Positions 54,439-64,000 of a DNA stretch of 64,000 nucleotides are shown piece by piece. The stretch is from Tubiluchus corallicola. Taxonomy: Eukaryota; Animalia; Priapulida. Position 1 is the first letter of the stretch, and every line of letters begins with the position of its first letter. Below the pieces are notes generated by a model, which made no database searches, was not told the origin of the DNA, and saw only the letters and a list, made by a program, of their open reading frames with translations. Made by a program: the position numbers and the translations under genes. The stretch lies in NCBI GenBank assembly GCA_030141605.1, contig JAQGDQ010000187.1, forward strand, positions 124,001-188,000, given 5' to 3'.

Positions 54439-57400
54439 AGAAATTACATTTTCCATGAAATAAATAAAGAAACCTGAAAAATGTTGTTCTCTATATATTG
54501 GGAATTCAGGATTGAACGGAGGCTTCTTCTATTCCGGTCAGCTTTATTTACCACTACGTCACAGAAAAATTCAATTCCTCATCCACGGGAAAGCTTTTTG
54601 TATTGGAAGCAGCTATGCTGAACCATCATAATCGTCATTTATTGAATTCACGGCTTTTGTCACGGCTTTTGAATTCATTGAAAAAGACTTGGCACTTTAC
54701 TATAGGTATTATTTACATCTCATATTTCTTTATTTACTGCGTGCTACTATTAAGGACTGTCACACAGTTTGTCTTTTCTAACGTCTGCCTACGTATAAAG
54801 CAAGTGTAGTTTCATTGTACAGTTTATCAGTACAATTTCTGGCTTCGTTACTTAAAAATAAAAAAATGGCGCTGCCCGTCCTGTTACAAGGACATTTAGT
54901 CTGAAGTGTGGAAAAATGTGAGTACTGACAGGGGGTTTGAAAGCTTCAATTTCACAAAATCAAAAATAATCAAATCGAATTTTTTTCCCGGCACACAGTA
55001 AAACTTTATGCCAAGTGTTTCGAAATGCTGCTGCACATTGTTCCAGGTTTCGTTAGACTTGTTTATGTTGAACTATTGGTATTAATGGAAAGGATAAGTG
55101 ACTTAGTATATTGGGTTTATTTTACTGTTAAACGTAGAATGATACAACAAATAAATTTGCAAGAACACTATCTATAAAACAAAAAGTTAATTTATACTTC
55201 CGGTGTACACAAGTTTTCGGACGTGGTGGTAACTGCCATTTACTTGAAAATAATGACGTAACTGGTGGCAATCGTAAGCGTATCGTGGCTTTCCATAATC
55301 GGGCGCTGCTTAAACCAATTCACACTTCTGCAGCTTGCTTAATGTTGATGCAAAAATATAACAAAATTAAATGTCTAATTTTTTTGTAAAAACGTATTAT
55401 ATTTTTCACGCAAATTGACAGTGCGAGCACTGCTTTTCTTCAATCGGTTAACGACGTCACTAGTGGAAGAATGGGTTGTTCAAAATGAGAGCGTACAGGC
55501 ATAAAATGATCGCTACTTTAAAGTGGGTTTACTAATTACACATTATTATTATTAAATCCTTATAACATTTTTCGTGAACATAAAGCAACCCTTTACCCAC
55601 AAAAATGTAATCTCTGTATTATGTGGGTAACAGTCCATGATGTTACATACTCAGTAAAGTCAGTCAAAGGGAATTTCTTGAAGGTCACGCGTGTGCAATT
55701 TATTTTATAGGATCGTTCAAAGATACGACACCACAACACGCTTAACGTTTTTAACAATTGTCCAAGTTGTAGTTTGCACTGCTTCATGTTGTCATAAAAC
55801 TAGCTTCCTTGATGGCTTTTACTGCTATCGCATGATTTTCAGCGTGTCCATAAACGTTTGTGTCGGCAGACCCGCGTGTGTTAAATGGTTATGAGGCGCA
55901 AGCAATGTACGAAAGAGGTGACAAGGTCATCCAAACACTAAAAGCCATATGAAATGTGGGCAAACGCGTGAAGACATACTTAACATTTTGCACGTGCTGT
56001 GTATGTATTCCGCTGCCTTGGTAAGCGAAGCCAGCTTGTGGTTGTGTACTCTAGATTGGACCTTGAATCAGTTTAGGTCCACCAAAGCTTATCAAGCAGT
56101 GTACATAACTTCTACCACATACTGCAGTTTTGAGGAGTTGGCTTGTTATTCAAGCTCGTGGCAACACAGACACAGAGTGCAGGGTTTCTTTGGTTGGTGC
56201 GGCTAAATATTTTGTTTGTTTTGAATGTTCACATTGCCCGCAAGGAACTATGCGTTGTCAAGGGTGGGATGGGCTGTATACTCACTTATGCAGATCTTAT
56301 TCTGCACTTTCACTTGTTCTCAATATTTTTTTGCAATTTTAATATTTTACTCATCCTTTTACATGTCTGGTCTAGTGTTCATCATAAGTGTTGTGTTGGT
56401 TTTTCAATTTTTGACCCGCCCTTCTTTTATAATTTTTTGGTCCAAAAACACCGACTAACCCTTAGGAAGGGTTATAGTTTTCTTTGAATTTAGAATGTCC
56501 ATAGAAGCAAATAAACAGGTGTTATGCACTGGCACTTTTCGAGTTTTGATTGGAAATTGGCTGGTTTTGGAAATCTGGAAATTAATGGTCAGCAGAAAAA
56601 CTTCTGTTGAGTTGAATGCAGTTTTTATTATTTTAGTTGTTTTATAATTGGAAATGGAAGTTTTTGTCTCGGCAGTTTCTTGTTCGAATTGCCTGCGGAA
56701 ATTTTTACGTAAAAGCAGTTTCTGGCTCACCGCAAAATGTTCAGACTTTTCGTATTATAATAATTTTACTTATCAATCAACAAAGAGCATCTGCATAGAA
56801 TCGATAGCCTCGTTTTTCCAGTTGCTTTGCACCTAAGCTTTGCTAATCACTAGCCTTGACGCCTTTTGAAGTCTGTAACCCTCAGAATAACGCCATTAAA
56901 TTTTTCACATAGTGCCCACATGAAGGACGACTCTTCAGTAGTAGTTTATGATAACCCATTGAGCGTGGTACAGTTATTCTATCCTCGGTTACCAGAAATT
57001 TGAAAACTACTGAATCAGCGCCCCACTACTGCGACCTCTCTCTCCCAATCAGCCGTGAACAAATCATAAGATCAGCAAAATCCACCAAGAAACTCATGAA
57101 GCAGTCAACAGGAGCAAAAGTTTGGCGTCTTTGATAATTTGAAAATATCACGTCTTTTACGTTCAACCCCTATATGTATTTTTATAGGGTTTATGCGTTT
57201 GCTTCTTTTAATTTTTTTGCGAAAAAATCCTAAGATTTTGCTACGCGTTAGTTTTGCTTGTCTTGCATGTACATTTGCGCGCGCGGGCGTACACACTGGC
57301 ACGCACGTACGCACGCACGCATTTTCTTTCCTCCTAACAAATTCTTTGGTCATCGTGTTTTCACTTTAGTTCCACTCATCGTGTTTTCATATGTACACGG

Positions 57401-59489
57401 CCAGTTTCTTTGACACAAATTTTTTTTGTGTTTTGAAGCAATATTGTTGCTACTGCCAGGTTACTAAGTTGCTCATATACACACTGCCAATGTTTACCAA
57501 ATTGGCTTCCTTACAATGCGCCTTTGTTATACGGTAACCAATCAATTCAGTAAGCTCGCTATTAGCACTCCTGCACGCGTTTCTTATCCGCATGGCGTGT
57601 GAGAAACACTAGTAACTGTTCAGAACACGCCGCCCGGATCAAATACAAAGTCCCTCCTCGTAATTACGCCATATTCCTGACCTCAGCTAGTAGTTGCGAT
57701 ATTGATTCGCAGCGGAGTACTTTCCGTTTATTTCTGCTGCTGTTTTCTTCTGAGGAGAAATAAGGGGGCTCGAGTGTGCTGGCGCGGCTTAGACGGGTTA
57801 CTGACTGTCTGTGAAGCCATGTGACTGAGATTACGGGGAAAATTGTTTCGAGCTTCTCCGGTTAGTCTGTGATTTTTCCCGTGCAAGAGACACCGTGCTG
57901 TTGATGAACTTCTGATGCAAAATCCGCGGTGGATTTCTGAAATCGCTGAAGCCAAAGATGGTTTGAGAGACTTAGATTAAACTTTTAATAATGACAAATT
58001 ACTACAATGTGTAATATTTCTAAATAAGCAAAAACGCATGGCTTGAGGCAGTGTTTTAGCGATTTGAATGCAACGAATTTAAGTGGCATGATTATTTTCT
58101 CAAGTTACAGTTCAATTCATACATTCAACGTTTCATTTTTAGGTGATTTTCATATTGCTGTATTATTGCGTTAAGTTAATACAATAATGCCTGTTAGCAA
58201 CAAATTAGAAGAAAATTTGCAACAATCGCCGTTTTCTGAACTTTTCACAGTGTCTTCGATTTACAAATTACAGACTAATTGTTTCTTTGTTTTGCGACTT
58301 CTGAGATCAGTTTGAACGGCGTTCACGGCTCAGTCTCAGTATATTTCTTCCGCTAAATTCGAAGACTTAACGTGTGACTTACTAATTAGCAGAGAGTCAT
58401 GTGAACTGACGCAGAAGCTCTCCGGTGTGCGAGAAAATATCCATGAGGCTATGTAATTCAGCTTCCTAACGAGGCTTCACACAACTCTTTGCCTTCACTT
58501 TAGATTAAAGTGCACAAAGACTTGAGCATGTAATTATTCCACGAAGCATATCAGAGTAACGAGGCCACTTAGCAGCCAAGAACATATCCTCTGCTAGTGC
58601 CAGATTAGCATATACTCCTTCGCAGAAAGTAAATGTGGAGATAATGGATAGGCTCTGTACTTACAGTTTTAATACTCGCGCGTCGAAAGTGTGATTTTCT
58701 TGACTTGACAAACATGGCGTGAAATTGATTTCTGTTTGATCCGTCGAGACTGAATGTTTGTCAGTGTTCGCTATTCTCTGACAGGATACGTCACCTGCCA
58801 TTTGCCAGCTTATAAATTCTATTTTGTGTAATTAAAGATTATGAGAGATCATCAGTGGAGCTTTGTTAACTTGGTATTTAATTACTATTTATATATAATA
58901 TAACATTGTTTATTAGTTGTTTTTACGTCAGCGAAACACTATTGATGCACTGAGTTGGCATTTCATTTTACTGAGCTTGCTTGCCAATTAGTGTTAATGC
59001 AGTGAATTTTAATTCATTATTCTTTGTGAGTAACCATATTTTAAGAAACTCAAAATCTCCCCTCCGCTTGCACTTGACATTCAACAGCAAACATCTTTTG
59101 CCAATGATTTGAAACCAGAGACACAATTAATATATCACGATGTCAGAAACCTGGTAGCATTCTTGAAACTTTGCCAAGTTTCCGTGAGACGCACGTGCTG
59201 TAATGAGCGAGTGCATAGCTTGACTGTTTCATTTTTATTAGGCCTTCATTTTGATGAAGGCGCTTCTATTTATACAATAGTATTTTTATTACTGGCTTTA
59301 ATAGCCTCACATAGAGAAATAAAAGGTGTGTGATACTTTCGCGTGTGGTGAATGGTGATTATTCCCTAAGCTTGAGTCTAGATCAATCACCCCGTTTCCT
59401 GTAGCTCCGCTTCTATCTGTACAAGTTTCCGTTTTCTCTGAAGCCAAACAGACGCGGTTGACTGATTATAAGAAAATACGAGCTGGGAG

Positions 59490-59509
59490 ATGGATGTCTC
59501 AAGACTATG
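59490..59509 (+). CDS. Weak candidate very short alternative first coding segment (MDVSRL-)
   Basis: GAGATGG start context, then TG|GTAATA donor in phase 2. The donor is weak and the segment very short. Confidence 0.2.
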
Positions 59510-60195
59510 GTAATACATCTTCTTCTAATTAATGGTCCAGTTATCTTATGCGATGCAACGAAGACGACATTGCCGTCTCTTTAAATGTCACAACACGTAA
59601 TTAGTAGGTTGTGCAAAATAGAATTAGAGGCCTATAACCAGGCTTCTAATAATATCAGCAGGGAGATATAGAAGCAACTTTGTATTATAAACTAATCATC
59701 GTGAACATCCAGCATAATATAATTATTTATTTAGATTGTGTTTATCAGTGAAGATGGGAATTGAAATTTAGAGTAGTATACTTGTGTTACAATTAGCATA
59801 GCTGGCTTCTTTTGCAGCACGTGCACTTAATCTCAGGTGTCATTTTACCTGATTCTTCCGGCTAAATGATAGCTATGAATCCGATCACTATCCACTGGGA
59901 GCGGATTATGTAACTGACTTCTGGCGATTAGTATTATATGAACTGCATTATTAGCTCTGTTTGTTGGTTTCTAATTTGACTTGCAAATATAGCCAGAACA
60001 CGAGGAGCCAACTTGTTCCAAACCAGCTGGTCAACCTTTACATTTTGCAGCACGTACAGTGTAGACTGTGTATACACGATGCCATAATGTATGGTACTTG
60101 TTGTGTGTGAGCGATAGCACCAGCTGCGGTAACTAAATAGATTGTGTTATCAAACGAAAAAAATAGCCGAAAGAAGCCAGAAATAGAAGTAGAAA

Positions 60196-60287
60196 ATGCA
60201 AGCGGAAGTAGGAAGTATAAATGCCCTCAAGACGATGCACGTGGTCAATAGGCATGCAGGACGAAGGCACACACTTGCCAATGTGCG
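60196..60287 (+). CDS. dnc: Alternative N-terminal coding exon of dunce/PDE4 cAMP-specific phosphodiesterase
   Basis: ATG at 60196 reads MQAEVGSINALKTMHVVNRHAGRRHTLANV(R) and ends at a strong donor CG|GTGAGT in phase 2. Recalled Drosophila Dunce isoform start is MQAEQGSIGDL...RRHTLANVR|FDVENG. Too short for the ORF track; translated by hand. Confidence 0.85.
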
Positions 60288-60889
60288 GTGAGTATCTTGG
60301 AGGTTTAATTATTATATGGCAACATTTTTTAATTCAGTCTTTATGGACTGTAGTGGTGCCAATAATTTTATGAACTATAGCTGCAATCAAAACTATAAGC
60401 CCATTCCATAACCTTTTTACTGGTTTGCTAACTCTGATTTGACTATGCTTGTTATTAGTGAAATTACATACTCCAGAGGACTGCTTTTAGCGTTCTTCAT
60501 CTTAAAATTAAGATTTAAATTACATGTTAACCGCATTTATTAGACATGTGATAGCTTACTCGACTGAAATACCTATATTTAAACGCTTGATATAATGGCT
60601 GAAAATTTCTTGGCAAGTAGCTTCAGTTGTATAATGTAGTGAGTAATTCTTGTGTCGTTGATCTTTTATTGCAGTTTTTAAGTGTTTACCTTGTTACTCT
60701 TAAGTTTTTATACGTGTCGTAAAATATGGCACCTTAAAACTCGTAAGCTTGATTTCATTATTTTGTTTTTAATGCGCCTAAATTTTCAATAATAGCTTGT
60801 TAAGTTACATAACGTAGTACTCCCTTGGTAGTTTTACGTAAATAAAAACTCGTAAAGCTGGATTCACAATCACTACCCATTTATACACC

Positions 60890-61590
60890 AATTGTAGCTG
60901 AAGTGGCTTTTGCAACAACATCGACTGAAATGGCCTCTGCAACATACAGCAATTAAAATAGTCTCTGCAATGTACAGGGATTGAAATGTTCTTTGCAACA
61001 TACAGTAATGAAAATGGTCTCTCCATGTACAGTGACTAAAATGTTCTTTGCAACAGAAGCAATCAAAATGATCTCTGCAATATGCAACAATAGAAATACA
61101 TGGTCTCTGCCATAAACAGCAACTGAAATGGTTTCTGCGACAATATAGACTGAAATAGCCTCTAAACACACAGCAATTGAAGTGATTTTTGCAACATACA
61201 ACAATTAAAATGGTCTCTGCAAGGTACACAACTAACACAGTCTGTACAATATACAGCAACTAGAATGGTCTCCGCAATATACAGCAAGCGAAATGGTATC
61301 TGCAACATGTAGCAACTGAAATGGCCTCTCCAACCTAAAACAACTGAATAGTGTCTGCAACATACAGCAACTGAAATGACCACTGCAACAAGCATTGCCT
61401 AAAATGATCTCTGCGACATGCGACAACTGAAATGATCTTTGCAACAGATCAACTGAAATAGCCCCTGCAAGATATAGCAATTAAAATGGATACAGCAATG
61501 GAGTGAATGGTCTCTGACACAATAGCAACCGAAATGGTCTCTGCGTCATACAATAGTTTGTACAACAATAACTGAAACGGCTTTTGCGTT
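60890..61590. repeat. Diverged 28-bp minisatellite, about 25 copies
   Basis: Consensus approximately TGCAACATACAGCAACTGAAATGGTCTC, head-to-tail with no spacers; explains the Cys-rich minus-strand ORFs. Confidence 0.92.
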
Positions 61591-62049
61591 GCAGGAAGTT
61601 TGTCATATTAAGGGAACGACCGATGTTGAAGTAGGTAGTACTAGGCATATCCTACAATTTGAAAGTTATGAATTTTATTTTCTTAGCTTTAGGACAGATG
61701 TGTCGGAACTTTCTTCATAAAATGTTTTTGTTTACTAAATGGGCTGCTGAGGTTCTCAGCCAATATTAGGATATGCTTTTGCTTTTCTTTTGCTTGCTCC
61801 ATGGTGTTCTTTTTATATTTAATTCGCAAACTGCAAGAGTTTTTTGGCAGCCAATATTTATTTACAGTTTATTTCAGTACATAAAAATGCCATATAAAAG
61901 TTAAAATTTACACTAAAACTAAAAAACTTACATATCATGCACTATTAAAACAGCTACGAAAATTTACAAAAAATGTAGCAAAAATATATATAGAAATTAA
62001 AAATGCAAAGCATCAGTTAAAAAGCCAGCTGTTACTACATCAATAAATC

Positions 62050-62670
62050 ATGCCATCTTCTAAATATTCTACTATAAAATCGCATATCAGCTTGGTGGCA
62101 TATATGATTTACAATTAAATTTGCGGATCCAATCATTCTTGTTCTGAAACTATAGGCAGAGTGATGCAATTTAAAATTTTTACATTGTTTTCTGCATATA
62201 TTGTAGAAGATGGCGTATCATAAGCATAACATGTGAAAAGCAATGTTGTAAATGGCGCAGAACTTCGTTAAACTGCATACTTTGAATGCATAAGTTATTA
62301 CATTATATGTTGTTACAGAACGAACGAAATAGCATAGTTTCCCATTTTGCACAAAAGCTAAATTTAGTTAACAACATATTATATCTAGCGATTAGCAAAC
62401 GATTTTGGTCATGTATGTTTAAATCATCAGAAAGATCATTAGAAAGTACATGACCAAAGCACTTGAAGTCATTTTTAACACAGATTTCAACACCGTCAAA
62501 AGTTACCCTGAGCGATATGGCGCATATTATTCGGAATAAGATATATACAATACATTTTAGACTCATTAAAAATTAAGCCACCATGATTATTTGAACAAAC
62601 ATTTAAAATATTTCGTAACGCTTGCATAGAGGGAGCTAATATACACAAGTCATAAGTATGTGCAGCACTT
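62050..62670 (-). mobile_element. Decayed LINE 3' fragment (RT C-terminal part)
   Basis: Minus strand HTYDLCILAPSMQALRNILNVC (degenerate YADDL.LLAPS), FKCFGHVLSNDLSDD (FKYLG motif), RYNMLLTKFSFC..LFRSFCNNI. Confidence 0.75.
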
Positions 62671-63634
62671 TGGTAAGACGGGCCGAGATAGTTAATGCTG
62701 AATTTGTGGACGGCTAGAAGTTAAGAGAAAATGGATGCAATATTGCAGTATTTAACTGGGCTGTGTCATTACCGAGTGACGTGGTAAAAGAAACAGCTAA
62801 ATCATGTGTCAAAACTCGGGATACTTGAACACAAGTCTAACTACAAAAAGAGATGACTCCAATAAAACCATGTTGTTCAAGCATCGAGTAAAATCAGACT
62901 GGGCCTATAGACTAAACGTGCTCAGTAACATTAACAAAACTTTAATGTCAGTTTTGTTCTAATATTAAGAACATGTACATTCTTGGTTGCCTGAGTTGCC
63001 TCGCTCCAACTAAAAACCAATCATTCTAAGAGTTTTATAGGGAAAACTATACTACTAGGGAAAGAGTCCTAAAGACTGCTGACGCTCGCTTTTGCAGTCC
63101 CAGCTTGTCCTTTATGTATTGAGCCACAAATACTTTCAGGATTTGCGAGCTTACTGTAGTTTATTTGAACGGATTTGCCAGTCGTGCGAAGGTTTTATTC
63201 AATTTGCACATATTTGTATTAGTGCAGTGCGCGTTTTCTTAGTAGTATTGACAGGCTGCCATTGGTTTGGTATTTCACTGGTGACATTTGCTTTCTAAAC
63301 CATTTACATGTTTGTAAGGTTACATCCTTGTGGTTCCACTGGCGCGGGGGGGGGCTTTGTGTTGTCCTGCCAATTTTATTTATGCTTACAACAAGGTGAT
63401 GTAGCTTTGTGATGTAGTAAGATTTTTGCATCCCGATTAACCCATTTTACATCTAACTCATTTAGCTTATAATTATGAAATGTCATCCTAAGAAGATTTA
63501 TTTATTTAGATATGTGTATGCACATGTTAAAATAAAAGCTAGTACGACTTTATCAGGGAATGCAGCAAGATTGTAGTACCATTGTACTAAAAGCACAAAG
63601 TGGTTAAATCTACCCAATACACCGCTAGGGTTTT

Positions 63635-63990
63635 TAAATACACGTTATTTCGAGACAAACTTTTTGGACACGTTAGTTGAACATAGAATATTTTGGAAAA
63701 AGGTTATTTTGACCAGACAGTCTGAACTTATATACGTTATTTTGACATAAGCTATTTTGGAAACAGTTTAATTGAACACATGGGTTATTTGGATATCTAC
63801 GCCATTTCAGACGCTAGTGTTTCAGACACATAGGATATTTGGCCATAAGTCATCACGAAAATCGAAACATAGATAATTTGGACATAGTTAGGTTTGATGT
63901 ATATAGGTTGCTTGTAGAAAAAAACCCTATTTCAGCTTCAAGTTCAATCCCGACATTTCATACATTTTTTTGTTTCGGCCATTTTGGATT
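63635..63990. repeat. Highly diverged short-period repeat array (TTATTTTGGACA-like), probably a DNA-transposon arm
   Basis: Recurring GTTATTT and TT(G)GACA(C/T)A motifs; probably continues past the window end. Confidence 0.45.
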
Positions 63991-64000
63991 CTAAAATTTA

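Noticed and set aside
55590-56490. Cluster of overlapping ORFs, possibly a decayed transposon gene
   Set aside because: No motif I could identify; would need TBLASTX against Repbase.
60805-61480. Overlapping Cys-rich ORFs, or a CRISPR-like array
   Set aside because: Head-to-tail 28-bp minisatellite with no unique spacers, no cas genes and a eukaryotic context.

Overview
AT-rich, repeat-rich eukaryotic (animal) genomic DNA, with no sign of a prokaryotic or phage system. The 5S rRNA-derived sequence is of the GCCTAC...GTAGGC type, which suggests a non-arthropod invertebrate, probably a lophotrochozoan (inference). Almost all ORFs in the track are spurious. The window appears to lie in the large 5' intronic region of a + strand dunce/PDE4 cAMP phosphodiesterase gene. 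The exon at 60196-60287 encodes MQAEVGSI...RRHTLANVR, which matches a Drosophila Dunce isoform N-terminus from memory. Several other candidate + strand exons (1580, 20286, 29209, 48203, 59490) end in the same phase 2, as expected for alternative N-terminal exons spliced to a shared UCR1 exon that I did not find in the window. The rest is decayed LINEs (RTE, RTE-X-like, CR1), two different 5S-derived SINE-like elements, tRNA-SINE remnants, several MITE/foldback DNA elements (IS3EU-like, Harbinger with a MADF remnant, MULE-like, Helentron-like), compound microsatellites and a 28-bp minisatellite. I cannot claim a wholly new biological system. The best leads are the phase-2 first-exon array and the TSD-flanked 5S-headed retroposon.
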